A stretch of 64,000 nucleotides of DNA, taken from contig CDLV01000006.1 in the NCBI GenBank assembly GCA_001244265.2, positions 1,426,001 to 1,490,000 on the forward strand, given 5' to 3'. A program made the translations under genes and the position numbers. This document shows, one piece after another, positions 15,511-28,893 of the stretch. Position 1 is the first letter of the stretch. Every line of letters begins with the position of its first letter. The DNA is from Microbotryum violaceum (lineage: Eukaryota). Below the pieces are notes generated by a model that did not search any database, was not told the DNA's origin, and worked only from the letters and a program-made list of their open reading frames with translations.

Positions 15511-16861
15511 TTACGCGGTATCCTGACCGGCCACGAACGAAAAGTGAACCTCCTTTCCAGTCAACTTTCGGTAGACCGACGAGAAGGTCTCGAGCTTGTA
15601 CTCGAGAGAGGTGGCATCGCGTTGGTCAAGGAATCTGTCAAGAGTCGGACGTCGTAATGATCAGACAAAGTGTTCGAACATCACGGTTCGAACCAGGTCA
15701 AATGTCGCTTACACCTTGATCAACTTCGAGCCGTCGACGTTTTGCCTCGTCCTCTTTCCGGTCACCTCCTGCACAAGAGTCAGAAGAGGGACGGGACGAA
15801 CACCGAGAAATAAGTACCTTATATGTCAAGGTGATACCGCAATCCACTCTCTCAATCAAGAGGGAGCTTCACATCGCTGTATCCAACCTTTCCTCTTGAT
15901 GCTTCATCGTGCTCGTTCCCCGAGGGGTGTGTGGGAGCGAGCGATGCTTCCGCGGGGCCACTGATGTGACTACCGAACAGTGGGGGGCGGAGACAATGAT
16001 AGTATCGGGGAAGTGTGGTAAAAAAAACCTACCGTGGGGTAGACAAGATCGTCGAGGATGGCCGAGTGGACCTCCTTGAGTGTGCGCGAGCGAGGGCGCA
16101 TCTGCTTTTGACGGGAACCGCGGGTAGGCTTGCGCATCATTCGTCGCTGTCCGATGAACACGACATGGCGTTCCGAAAACTTCTTCTCGAGCTCGCGAGT
16201 CAAACTATGGTCGGGCAAAAGCGAGGGTCAGGCTCGAAGCCGAGAGAAAAGGACCGCATCGCTTGAACGCGCATTGACTTACCGGCCCTGGATCTTGTGG
16301 AACGCCTTGAGCTGAGTCATGGGCACAAAGATGACGATAGCCTTGCGACCACCCTTGATGTCCACCTCTCGAGCCGCCGAAATTTGCAAAGGTCGCAGCT
16401 CGGCCTTGAGCTCGGCGACGCCGTTCTCGAGGTCGAGCAGAGCTTGGGCGACCGAGGTCTCGAGCGCGTCAGGGGCGGTGCGGGGGGCGTTGGCGCTTCG
16501 GAGAATCTTGCTGGCAGACTGGTATTGGGGTAGTAAGACGGTTCATCAGTATCATCAAATCATTGTGGTTCGAGGCTGAGCAGGGCGTTGTGATAGACAA
16601 CAAGGGGTGATGAGAACGCGCACGCAGACGCATAGCACACGAAAACCTCATGCCGGCAAATGATGGCGCATTGCAAATAATTGCAGATGTATGCCGCCAT
16701 GCATGTACCTCCTAGCCTGCCCAGAGAGCACGCGGGCACCACCAGGCGGGGCATTGAACTTTTTTACCTGGGCCTACGCCGTGCGATGTGTCCTTGCTCG
16801 CGTCGCGTCCCGACTGCCAGGCACAGAACGTCGGATGCGGTGTCTGGGGAAGACTCACCAT
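15511..16861 (-). CDS. RPS7: 40S ribosomal protein S7 (eS7), 5 exons, first exon is the ATG only
   Basis: [75 protein letters not shown]. Confidence 0.97.
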
Positions 16862-17125
16862 TATGATTGGTTGTTGGGTGGCCGGGTCGAGTGGAAGCAC
16901 GGGATAGTAGGATCGCAGAGATGTGTTTCGAGGTGAGGTGAGGTATGAGACAGGCCGCGAGCGCTTGTGAGCCTGGGAGGGCTGGCTCATGATGGCGCAA
17001 GATCAAATTCCGTTTCGAGTTCGAGTGTTAGTAATCAGCCTTGTAATGGTGAAATCGACCGAATACCTGCGGTGAAGCCCCCTTCTTCGGCAAGGTACCG
17101 CTCTCTTGTCTCGAGGTTCATCAAT

Positions 17126-17127
<2 letters not shown>

Positions 17128-17161
<34 letters not shown>
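17128..17161. repeat. Poly(T) tract, about 34 nt, upstream of RPS7
   Basis: Directly visible homopolymer about 270 bp upstream of the RPS7 ATG; possible poly(dA:dT) promoter element. Confidence 0.8.
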
Positions 17162-17162
<1 letters not shown>

Positions 17163-17530
17163 ACCTCTACTACTTCAATGGCTGCAATGACTCCTGATCA
17201 ATTCTGTGCTCGAAATGCCTTGAGCCCGCACTGCAGCGAGTAAACCCTGCAAAACATCCTGGACGCGCTCAGAGGCTATATAACAGACTGTCTATCTTTT
17301 TATCACCTCAAAATAGACGAAATGTTAAAAAAGCAGCTGGCAACACTTTACGTGCACACTGTACACCTTCTGCAGCGGCTCGGCGGCTATGGGCTGCGCT
17401 CGGACCGCCTCTCTGTGGCCTTAGGGGTCTGTGCGAGTCCTTTGTCATTCGGACTTGTCATTCGGACTTGTCGACGATCGATGGGGTCGCGCCCTGGCTA
17501 CTTCACTGTCCGGCCATCACCGACACCCAC

Positions 17531-18407
17531 TATGTATATGCTACGAATAGCCCGCTCTGGTGATATACCAGTTTCTACACACCCAGACGAAATGCTCGAC
17601 AAAACCTCCTTTCGGATCGGCAACGCAGGCGCAGTGGGGCCCAAGTGGACGACGGCCTCGTCCGAGTCGGCGTCGGGGAGTGATCACCTCGGGAATACCC
17701 TCAGCAACGCAGAAACGACCCCCAAGCCAGTCCCAACACGACTTCAGAGTTTTCTCAACCTTCTCAACAGGCCGACCAAACAGTCCTTTCCCTTGACAAT
17801 TGACATCCCCTCGAGCAGCCCGATGCGCCCTGCCTCGGTGCCGTCGACGCCGGCGTCGATCTACGATCGGTTTGCCCAAACTGCATCGGAGGATCAACAC
17901 GGATCGACGAACCGGGAGCCGACGAGCTTTCTCGACGAAGACGACGAGCCAAGTTACCTTTGCCGTAACAAATGGTCCCTCGAAGAACATGGAATACATT
18001 CGACGTCACCAACATCTGTGCACGACGAAGCTTCAGATAGCGTGTCGAACTATTCGACCGACCTCGAAAGCAAAATTGTGGCGTCCACGACGTCGCAGGC
18101 ATCATCGAAGTCGACTTCAACCCGATTCGAGCGCAACTCTGAGTCGAATGTCCAAAAAAGCACCGACGGCCGTGGTGGTACCAAAAATGATTCCTTTCCA
18201 GGGTGCGATGTGAAACAAAACGATGAGGGTTTACCGCATCCGACGGATCATCATTGCGAATCTTCGAATTATCAGTGGGATGCACGATCCCTCGTGCTGC
18301 TTAGGGTGCTTTTAAGGACAGGAAGGTGTCAGGTAGACAGCTCGACACAGGTGAGTCGGAGTTGCCCAGCCTGGGAAGTACCTACCTGTGTCACGGAACT
18401 TGTGTAA
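17531..18407 (+). CDS. Hypothetical Ser-rich protein (structure uncertain)
   Basis: Long low-complexity ORF (17322-18407) with splice-like signals downstream; no recognisable domain. Confidence 0.35.
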
Positions 18408-19217
18408 ACCAACGACACCCAAAACCACCCTTTGATCTTCAAAAAGAACAATGCCCATTTCAAATTTTGTGTTTCACTGACGTGATGCACTCGTATTATA
18501 TACACAGGAACTGCGGAACGCGCAAGAAGCGATTGATCGCATAGTCGGAATCCGAAATCGAAGCTCAGGTGACGGTGAGTTCGTGTAACAGCTGATCGGA
18601 GTCCCAGTCCTCTACAAATGTGCCGGCTAGGAAGCTGCGTGAAGCCCCCCGAAGATGCTTGTCATCCTCTCGGTTCCGACGCCTCGATCCCTTTTCATCG
18701 TTAATGTTTCCCTAGGGGAGTGTCAGTGCCGGAGCGTGCCGGGGCCGGCAACCGCTTGCGCTCTCGGAGCTGAGCTCGGTTGATCGAGCAGGAGCCGGAG
18801 GAAGGCTCGCCCCGAAGGGAAGGATCTGCGCAGGCGGCGCGCGCGTGGAACCTGCGCGCTGGGCGCGGGTCACGTCTCTTCCATTTCCGGCGTAATCTTC
18901 AGAATCTTCACCCCAGAACGGGACCCCTTGCGCACGATCAGTCTGGTGCGATTCACCCCGATCCAAATGCCGAAGGTGGACGCAAGCGCAACCGCGACAA
19001 ACAAGCTCTCGAGGTTCCCCAATTGCCTTCGTTAGCTGGGCTCCGCGGACTTGACTGCCCCTGAACTTTCACGTTCCTTGAGGCGCAAGCGAACCCCGTC
19101 GCTCGATACTGCTTCGGTCCCTGCTTCTGACCTTCCAATTGGCTCCGTCGGATTCTCTCTAGCCTGCGTCTTTCCACTTCCTGTCGATACGACAAGGTCA
19201 CCGCTTTTCTTGTCGCC

Positions 19218-22200
19218 ATGGATCCGAGGCTGACACAGCACTCTTCCTTCTCTTCTTCCCACTTCTCGGCATCGACGAATCGGTCGTCCCGTGGCTCGCG
19301 CTCGTCTTTGGCGTCATCGTCGGCGGCTTCCTACGACACTGACGGTACCTCTCCGGATTCGTCGCCACGGTTTCTAAAATCACCCATACCCACTATCTCT
19401 CAATCACGCTCGAATGGCCATCATAAACGAACCTCTGTACAATCTCTGCCTGCTGGACGTGGGAACGGCTTGTTCGTCGACACTGCTGCGCCGACCGTGC
19501 CTTTCCCAACCGTCTCGTCGGCGTCGGGCTTTGGCTCCTCACGACGGGCCTCGGCTCCTCCCAATCCTCTCAAATCGGTCTCCCTGTCGCTTCGCCGCGA
19601 ACGGCCAATGCTTGAAACACGGGGACCGAAAATCTTCCCGTCGCGCAAGCCTCCTCCGCTCTCAGATCTACGCAGGACGTCTTCTTCGAACAAAAGAAAA
19701 TCACCCTCCGCTGTCTCTCTGAATGCTTTCGGCCGGCTCGGCCCCGCCACCTCGCCACCGTCTCCCTCTCGCACGGCATCCTCCTCGTCCGAGTCCCACT
19801 TGTCAACGGTCGAGCAGCGAACGAACCTCGCGGCCTACCTCGACAAAACCGCCGAGGCCATGGAAGGCGGCAAGTCTCTTGCGATGGCCCACGAGGAGCT
19901 ACGGACAATTAATGGATCTCGACGGCCGTCGGGGGATTTCCAAGCCGCGTTCGAAGCGCAGGAGGCACAAAAAGCCGCGGAACAGCAGAACAAGCGGGCC
20001 GAGAAACGAAGACGTACCATCAAGGAGCTATGTGATACCGAACGAGTGTACGCGAGCGACCTGGCCGTCTTGCGCGACATCTTCCTCACGCGGGCCCGCG
20101 GTGCCGAGATGAGTTCAATCGCCGACCACGTCATGGCCTCGGGTCTCGGATTGGTTCGACTCGGTGAGGACGAGGAGGAGTCACCATCTTTCAACGCGAT
20201 CTGGGCTCGTACTCCTCGAAGTCCCCAGACCTCGTTCACTCGAAATTCGGTATTGGCCAAGCTCGAGCGTCGCCGCCAAGATTCGACGGTGCAGGCGCTC
20301 GAGTACGTCGAGGACGCGGTCATGTCGTCGAGGGACATCTACACCATATTCATCAATCTCGAAGAAATTTCGGATCTCGCGGAAAGGTTTTCTGCAGCTT
20401 TGGATGCTGCGCAAGGCATTGACAGCCAAGATGCCCAGGATGACAGGATCGGCGAAGTCTTTGTCGACATGGTAGGTCCACAAAGCAACAAGGGGGATGA
20501 GATGGTAAGCTGACTTGTGGTTCCCTTTGCTTGACATAGCTTCCTCGCATAAAACAAGTTTACTCGACCTACTGTGCCCGCCACCACCGGGCCATCATTC
20601 GCCTCCAAGAACTCGGGTCCACGCTGCACACTTATTTCTCCGAGTGCCGCGCGCTCAGCCACGGCCGCACGAGCGCTTGGGACCTCGCGAGCTTGCTCAT
20701 CAAGCCAGTACAACGTTGCCTCAAGTACCCTCTTCTGCTCGAAGAGATCCTTGCCGTGACACCAACGGAACACCCGGATCGACCTTCACTCGTCGCCGCG
20801 CTCAAAATGATGCTCTTGACGGCGGAACACATCAACGACTACAAGAAGCGCACCGACAAGGTCGAGAATGTCCTCGCTTCCAAGCGCCAGGGTTCTCACT
20901 CCCACAGCCGGGATACGTCTTTTTCCTTGCACAAGAAATTGCTCCGGTCTGCTCCCAAGACCAAGCCCACGGGCAACGTCGCGGACCAGAACAAGTTGTT
21001 CGATACGCTCGCCGCGCTCGTCGACACGACTAGGGCTGGGGTGCTGCGCTTCTCAGCCGAAATGAAAGATTGGTCACGCAGGACTCAGAAAGCTCTGGAG
21101 GCCCAAGTCACGATGGTCTCCGGTTGGATCGACCTTTACGCTCCAATTGGTGACGAGATGTACCCGCATCCTTCTCACCGCCGCTTGGAGGTCTTCCTCG
21201 ACGATGTGCTCGTACCACTCATCGAAGGCCCCTTCCGCGAGCTCGACCACGAGATTCGCCGCTCGCTCGTGTCCAAGACCGATCACCTCTTGTCCTTGTT
21301 CGAGAACCCACTCCAGGTGATCAAGAAGCGAAACGAGCACAAGGCCGAACATCGCCGTTATATGACGCGGAAGATGCCCCAAGACCAACGTGGATCGGAG
21401 GATTTCGTTACGCTGACGACGCAGTTACTCGAGGAGTTGCCCAGGTTCTTGGCGAGCGTGAGCAAGTACTTCAACATCGTCGTTTCGGCGTTCACAAACG
21501 TTCAGCACATTTACCAGGATAGTGTTAGGGAGCGATGGGAGGCATACGCCGATGAGTGGTTGACGCAGATCCCCAAGGGTGACTATGCGGCGATTGATGC
21601 CGCCTTCCAAGATGCGAGTCGGGATGTGACGCAGATGCTCGCCTCCATCGTCAAAGGACTCAAACTGTCCGTAGCCAGTAAGCCGCTCCAGTTCTCTTCT
21701 CTCACCGAGTCGAATACAAACCGATCGTTTAATCGTGTTGTCAACTTTTCAGCCGCTGGCACGATCCAACGTCGTTCGCAGAGTACGCGAAGGCATCAGG
21801 GGCGTGACTCTCTTTATTCGACGAGCAGTTCCTCGTCTAACACGACGCCAGTCATGTCTGCTCGAGGCCGATTCAACGGAGCCGAAGAAGCAAACCACTT
21901 CGAGGACTATTCCATCACCTCTTCGCTCCAGCGACGCTCTTCAGGCCACGGTGACAACGGGAGCATGCCTTCTTCACCTTCGACGGGTCGACCTTGCTTG
22001 CGTCGACATGAAGCATCCTCGACTTTACGTCGGAACAAACGAGCCTCGGAAGCTTTACCGCCTTTACCTCCCTTGCCTCCAACTTCGAGCAGTCTCATCT
22101 CGAACTACTTTGACAACGTATCAGAGGACGAAGATCCTGATGAACAAGACGGGGATTCGATGCATCACATCTTGTACCGAGCCGAAGCGATCGCTTCAGC

Positions 22201-22378
22201 GTGTTCGAGCGCGTACAGGAGTGGGTACCCTTTGCTTTCCTTCATCGAGGGGGATCAGGTCGATGTCGAGTTGGAAGAGGCGGATTCGGACCAAGGGGGT
22301 TCGGGCTGGTTGTTGGCGAGGGATGGGGAGGGGATCTTGGGGTGGTGCAGGACCGAGGACTTCATTGTCGTCGAGTAA
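19218..22378 (+). CDS. RhoGEF with DH, BAR-like and C-terminal SH3-like domains (dynamin-binding protein/Tuba-like)
   Basis: KRRRTIKELCDTERVYASDL, IFINLEEI, LLIKPVQRCLKYPLLLEEIL..TP.EHPD (DH); IKKRNEH..QLLEELPRFL (BAR-like); LSFIEGD...GWLLAR...GWCRTEDF (SH3-like). Confidence 0.85.
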
Positions 22379-22502
22379 GAGTGCATCTTGTTGTTCCCCT
22401 ACGCATCGTTCGGCTTGCTTCATTCGTTTTTTCCAGATAACGATCTACAATGTTGCTATTTTGTTTACTATCAATGCGTCGAGTCGAGAGAAAGTACCAC
22501 GT

Positions 22503-23870
22503 TCAAAGCTTGGCCTTCTTTGCTTCCTCCGCGCGCCTTGTCGCCGCCATCTTGAGCAAAGCGTACAGACTCTGCAATCTCGGCATCTCGATCCCTTTCT
22601 CCCTCGCGATGCGAATCTGCACAAAAGGGTGAGTGAGTTCATCGGTCAGTGAAAACCAGGCCGAATACTTCAAGAGGGTCGATCGTCCCTCCCCTTCGTT
22701 GGAAAGAACTGACCGGATTGCCCAAGATGACCTCGATCTCCATCGGTCTGCCTTCGATCCAATCGACCAACATACTCGGCAACCCATCCGTATTACTCTC
22801 TGAACTCTTGAGGATCATATCCGCATCGACCTTTTTCAACTTGGGGGGCCAGTCTCGTCCTAGGACTTTGGGGCCGGTGTGGAAGATTTCGTTCATGCAG
22901 CCTTTGAGGTGGAGACGGAGTTCGGGGTCGAGGGACATGCGGGCGTTGCCTGTTGCACCTGCTAGGACCGAGGAGGGGTTCATCGAGGCGTTGATCTGAG
23001 GAGAAATTTAGGGTTAGGATGGGATCCTGGGTGTCGTCATCCTGGCTCTGCTCGTCCAAGGTGGTGGTGAACTCACGGCCAACTTGTGCCATCTGACGAG
23101 CTGCAAGCCCCTCTCGTCGTACTCTTCGGCATCCTCGATCCCACCATGCTTCAACAACTCGACAAACTCCTTACACCTCTCCTGACTCTTCTTCTCCAAC
23201 GCTGTATTGCTCTCGTCCCCGACAAAAGGCCCGATCGAGATGCGCGTCCAGCGATTCTGCTTGATCAGGCCCGGTTGGGTTTGTTGCGCACTGACGACGG
23301 TCACGGCGCTCAAGACGACGTTGTCGGGGAACCTCTTGCGATGAGGTGATTCGACGCCTACGCCATTTTGGATCAGGACGATCGTCGCTTCGGGACAGGT
23401 TTCCAAGAGGGGAGCGATCAATTTCGAGTCGTCCAGGACGTCAGGAAGAGCTTTGGTCGCGACGACGATGTAATCCCATTTGACGTCGGCTGAAGCGGCG
23501 GCGGAGAGGGAGGGGAAGACGAGGTCGGGGGTGAAGTGATAGTTGCCGAAGGAATAGGTTTGCATCTCGAGGCCCGAGGTGGAAACGGATTGGTAGTTGG
23601 AACGACACGTGACTGAGACCGAGGAGAGCGACGTTTGGAGACGGGATCCGTAGAAGGCTCCGACCGCTCCTGTGCCGACTATGGAGCAGATTCGATGAAC
23701 CAGAGAGGGGAACTATTGGTGAGTCCATCAGGGAGTGCGACGAGTGGACAAGGAAAGAGAGAGCTCAGGCGGGGCGGGAGCCGGAGACTAGTCGGCATTG
23801 GACGGTGGATGAGGATGATCTGCTTACCAATGAGCACCTCCTTCTTGGGACCTGTAGTCGATGGTGGCAT
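22503..23870 (-). CDS. 2-dehydropantoate 2-reductase (ketopantoate reductase, ApbA/PanE family)
   Basis: GTGAVGAFYG Rossmann motif, CRSNY, DYIVVATKALP, IVLIQNGVGVE, RWHKLA/INASMNP, PSMLVDW..GRPMEIEVILGNP. Confidence 0.9.
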
Positions 23871-23971
23871 GGCGCGAAGTGCGACGGGTGGAGTTGCGGA
23901 AGGAGAATGAACGGATGGCGCTCCTCCGGTGATTGGCTCAGCCGGGCTCAGCTGGGCTCGAGACCGACGAG

Positions 23972-24009
23972 GCCCCTGGCTGCCCCTGGCTGCCCCTGGC
24001 TGCCCCTGG
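23972..24009. repeat. 10-bp tandem repeat (GCCCCTGGCT x ~4)
   Basis: Seen directly, in the 357-bp divergent intergenic region between the reductase and NDUFA5. Confidence 0.85.
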
Positions 24010-24227
24010 GTTCTGCTGCTCGGCTTGGGCTGAGGCGGCCACCGCGTTCAGTGGCGCAGGGCCGACTGGCGCAGACTGGCGCAGGCAGGCCGTCGATGGC
24101 AGCGAGCGCGCTCCGCTGAGCTCCAGCTCGACTCTGCTCCGCAACCTCGCACACGGCTTGATCTCACATCTCACACCCTTCAAACTCCGAAACCCCACTT
24201 CGAAAGCCGCGCTCTCAAAGCCCCAGT

Positions 24228-24788
24228 ATGCGATCCGTCCTGCGCGCGAGCCGAGCCTTACGCCAAGCGATGCCTTCCACGACCACGCCGGCTGCTCCTC
24301 CGCACATCCCGCGCACCAAACTCACCACCAACGTCGTCGGTCTCTCCGTACACAACGAGCCCCTCCCCACCCTGAAACATACCCTCGAGGCGACCCTCTC
24401 CTTTGTACAACGGATGCCCCAAGGCGCGGTCTACCGTCGTTCGGTCGAGGCGACCACCCGCGAGCGATTGAACGTATTGGCCAAATTTGGGCGCGAAGGA
24501 TCGGAAGCGGATTTGGAATTGGTCGAGAGGGAGATTGGGTTGGGAGGGATCGAGGAGGTGATGCAGATTGCCGAGGATGAGTATAGGTTGGCGGGCAAGA
24601 TGTTGGAGTGGAAGGCGTGAGTGGCCAAGCGTCGGGTGCAGAGCGAATTCGGGTTACGGTCGCTAACCGATACCGTGATCCTGTTCGTGCTTTGCAGGTG
24701 GGAGGAACTCGAGGTGACGCCCGCAAAGGACCAATGGGTTCAGTTCAAGCAGACACCTTCGACCACAATGCCGGACGACCTCAAGTGA
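24228..24788 (+). CDS. NDUFA5: Complex I accessory subunit NDUFA5
   Basis: TTNVVGLSVH..P..L...MP..AVYRRSVEA.T.ERL...VEREIG.G.IEEV..A.DE..L..KM.EWK+WEEL; one intron. Confidence 0.92.
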
Positions 24789-25065
24789 GCGTCGCTACCT
24801 AGAAGAGGAGAAGAGGAGCGCGGCTTGCCAGTGCCAGCAGGTTGCGATAAGAGTGTCTGGAATGGGTGGCATATCTCTTTGCATTTCAGCGTAGTATAAT
24901 CGAGGGAACCTGCAACCGACAACTGGACTGCGATTTGTACCATCATCGTCCCAAATGGGCGCGCAGGGGAGTGCAAGAGCCAAAAAAAAAAGGCCGGTGG
25001 GGCATCCATTCAGAGGCAATTTATGGACAACAACACACAATCTTTCGCACAAAGGACCCCGCCTT

Positions 25066-26997
25066 CTACAGAGGTAAGACGAACTCACACGCGACGGCAA
25101 GATGATCGCTCGGTTCGACGCCCAACTTGGGCAACCCATCCCCCATCTCGTCCCGACGATGCATCCTCATCAAGCCCGTCCATTCAACACCGCTCACTCC
25201 CCGATCCTCCTTCTCCAATGCGAGTATGTAATCGAGACAACACCTCCACAACGGCGTATAGTTGGTATACATGGGTTCAAAATCGCCTCTCGCCACCCGC
25301 TCCTCCCAACTCCCTTGACGACGTTGTTCGACCGCTCGAGGATCCTCGATGATCTTCCACCCTTGACTCGATTCGACACCGGGTGGTCGCTCGACGTACC
25401 ATTGCGCTTGTTCTCCAGTGAAGAGACCGTGAATTTCTCCGTAAGCTGAACGAACGTGGGGTAGACTCTCGTAGAGAAGTTTGAACTCGTCGAGCGACAC
25501 GAGCCCATCAGCCTCGTTCGCAGCTCGAGAATTCTTGATCACCTTATCGGGGTCCTCGGTCGCTTCTTCCCCCTCGGCCACTTCTTTGACGTCGTTCATC
25601 GTCTCGTAGGAAGGATTGTATACCTTGTCGACGGATTGGTGAATGACGCAACTTGCTTCGAAAGCATGCGTTTGGGAGGGGGTCAAGGGCACGCGCTTGA
25701 GCAGGGCGTAGGTGATTTCGTTGGGTTGAGTATTGAGGTCTGAGCGAAAAGAGTGACAGGTAAAGATTCAACGACCTTCATTGAAGCCTGAGCTTCATCG
25801 GGAAAACACTCACCACCCGCCAGGATCAGTCTCCAGAGCCCGCCGTGTTTCCCCTGCATCTCGACCCTAAACCTCTCGGCCCTCTCCGCAAACAGATACA
25901 TCTGTCGAACCCTCTCGTAAACATGGGTAGGGTGCCAAAACAGGTGCGTCGTCCCGATGATCAAACCTCCTTCACTCGACAACGACGAAGAATCCGACAA
26001 GGGTTTGTGTTTCAGCGCGACGAACAAAGCGACGTTCCTCGTAGATCGGGACAGCGCTCGAATCCTCCTTTCTTCCGCAAGGTTTTCTCGATCCAGTTGC
26101 ACGCTCGTCGTCGCCAACGAGGCCCTCATTTTTTCCTCGTCAAAGTTGATCTCCAACTGATCGACTTTATCAAAGAGAGAAGCTTGGTGGGCGATCAGAA
26201 CGCCATGGGGTTTGGTGTCGTACCCGATGTGGTAGGTCAGGTCGTAGCCGGCTTGTTCGAGCGCTTGACGATGGGTGTCGTAGTGGTCGACTTCTTGGAG
26301 ACAGACGAGCGAGGGGGAGTAGTGCAGGACTCTTATGAGGGAAGGGGGCGATCGGGGTCAGATCTAGGACTATCACTCGTCGTGCTGGCGCAGAAGACTT
26401 ACTCGGCCATTAGGGTCATAATTCGGGTCTTGACCTGAGGAACAAAGGATAGCCACAGATTGGTTCCCTGCGGTGGTTCGTTTCCCCCAAATTTCAATGA
26501 AAACACACCTTGAGGAAATCGGAACCGGGGAACAGTTCTCTCCTGACCAAAGCCTGAGCGAGCATCTATACACTCGGAGTAGTGGGGGGGAGCCACAAGG
26601 TCGAGTCAGGTTCTCCCGATCGAAAAGGGGGCCTCGACGGTGACCAACCCCAACAAGCTGTACTCACGTTCCAACTGAACAAGGTGAACGTTCTCCTCTG
26701 GCCTGCTTGACCGTTCGTACTCGGCTCCCTCCTCAACCAAGGCCTCGGCTTGAACCTCATCGTGGTCGAGGCACCGTTCAGTTTGGTCGCCTCCAGCGTG
26801 GCCGCTTTCGCCGCTTGAAGTTGTAGAGTCTTTTGTTGCTTCTTCTCCAACCTCTCTCGGCGCTTGAGTTCGATCAGTTCTTCTTGGGTTGGTGCGGGCG
26901 GTGGTGGGGAGGGCGGGCGGGCGGGTTGGATCGCCCAGGGGTCGTTCGCGTCGGTCTCGAGTTCGTGTGGGGTCCGAGTCGTGGCTGAGAACGTCAT
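25066..26997 (-). CDS. EEP-family RNA nuclease/deadenylase (NGL2/CCR4-like)
   Basis: FTLFSWN, MLAQALVRRELFP, QEVD, IGTTHLFWHP..YER.RQ, GDLN, EPMYTNYT...LDYI, EPSDHL. Confidence 0.88.
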
Positions 26998-27500
26998 CGT
27001 CGAGAACGGGCGATGCCGGTAAGCTGAACGCACTCTGAAGCAGGAACGAGCACGACTGAAGGAAGTGCTTCCGAGAGACGTGGTGACTAGCCGATGCGTA
27101 GGTGCGAGGTAGAGGCAGAGGCCGTGACGGACAGGGAGAGAGAAAGAGCTGATCCAAGTCGGGCTGGCTGGCTACGGCCTTGGCTTGCGAAGTCGAGGCA
27201 AGTCAGTTGAGGGGGTCCGAGCGAGCTCCGCGCGTACGCCGACAGCTTTGTTCTCTTGGCCTTGCATCACCTTCGATTTCTCCAACATTATCTCCGAAGG
27301 GCTTTTAAAAAGAAGACGCTTTCACGAATTCGACTGGACTGAAACTTCTCCCGAACCCCCTACTCGGATCATATCCACCAGCTCCGCAACGTCCGACTTC
27401 GCAACCGATCGCCACTCACCGCTCGGCCAACCTCACCTCATTCAATACACCCACCTCCCTCCCCTTTCACCCGACCGCACGCGCCTCCACCTCTTGCACC

Positions 27501-28476
27501 ATGCCGGGCAACCGCATCAAGACGATGAAGGCGCTCCAGTCGCGCAAGTCCAACATCAACGGCCACAAGATTCACCCCAACTCGCGCCGGGCCAAGCAAC
27601 TGCAACGCGTCGAGTTGAGGACCAGGAAGTTGGAGGTGCAGGGCAAAGTGCAGAGGGTGACCGAGGTCAAGAGGGGTCAGTGAAGAGGAGAGACAGAACC
27701 TTTGGAGCAAAGTTGTCGGAACTGAGTTGGGGACTATTTTTTTGGGTTTTTGTCGAGCAGTCGACCGACATCTCTGGTTCGTGCATTCGATCCCGGACGA
27801 CCGAACTTCGCTCTCCCTGCCCGAACTGCACCAAACGATCCACGACTACATCCATCGCGACGAGATCGAGATGGTCCAACTCGCGCAGGAACGGACCGAA
27901 CGGAGTTGGAGAAAGGCCGAACCCAAGAGCAAGAGGGAGGTCGAATTGGAGAAGCAGCGGGAGCAGGAGAAGGACGAGTACAGGACCGGGTTTGGTCAGT
28001 TTCGTTTCATATCTTGACTTCAACATTGTAGGATGGGAACTGATACTGGAAGAGAGATGTCGTCGACTTCTGTACTCCCTACAGTCGTGCCCGATCTGAC
28101 GTTGGCGAAAAACGTTTACCTCTGTCGCCAATGGATCCACCCCACGCCGACACCCAAGAACCCGCATCCCAACAAGGGCGGGGACCCTTCATTCCTCGGC
28201 CGGTGAGTATCGAATTTTTGACAGATTCCTCTACGCGAGGGAGCCTCGATCCCGGCCAAGTCCTCGTCCGGCCCCCTTACCTCCTTACTGATCGAGTTCC
28301 CTTTCCCTTCGAAATTATTCAACAGGATCCGACTGATCAGGATCAACTCTGAAAATCAAGGCTCGGTCGTCGTCGAGTCAGAAGGGGCGAGGAAGGGTGA
28401 ATGGGAAGAAGAGGGGGAAGGGGAAGTCGAGATGGAGGATCAGCACGAGCTCCTGGAGGAGGGAGGAGGGGCCTGA
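27501..28476 (+). CDS. TMA16: Translation machinery-associated protein 16
   Basis: KIHPNSRRAKQLQRVELR, YIHRDEIE..LAQER, E..EYRTGFVVPDL; spliced. Confidence 0.85.
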
Positions 28477-28670
28477 GGCTTGAGAAGGGTGCTGGATTTT
28501 CTCTACGCGTGTATACATGTACGATATATCTTGTTCTGATAGAGTCTACTCGATGTGATTGCCTTCGAGTGTGTCGGAGAAGAAGGTCAACTCGGAGTGC
28601 TTCTTCGGTTGGGCTAGACCGTTGGCCCAGAGTCCGCCCCACTCCTTGCGCCAAACACTGGAGAACCCTG

Positions 28671-28730
28671 CAGGGGGAGGCAGGGCTAGGCAGGGGGAGG
28701 CAGGGCTAGGCAGGGGGTGGCAGGGGGTGC
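28671..28730. repeat. 10-bp tandem repeat (CAGGGGGAGG/CAGGGCTAGG variants x6)
   Basis: Seen directly, about 165 bp upstream of the BUD6 ATG. Confidence 0.85.
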
Positions 28731-28893
28731 GAAACGCGCGTGTGCCCGTAGCTCCACCACTCCGGCGGCTTGTCGACTCTGGTACACCACGCATCACGCA
28801 TTGAGCTGACAAGCTGGAAACCCGACCAACGGATTGGCTCAAGTTGGATTGATCTACACCGAGGCGGCTCCTCTGGTGGACGTCGTGACTCCC

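Noticed and set aside
27185-28099. 304-aa ORF and many other short six-frame ORFs
   Set aside because: Alternative-frame or antisense overlaps of well-supported spliced genes in GC-rich DNA.
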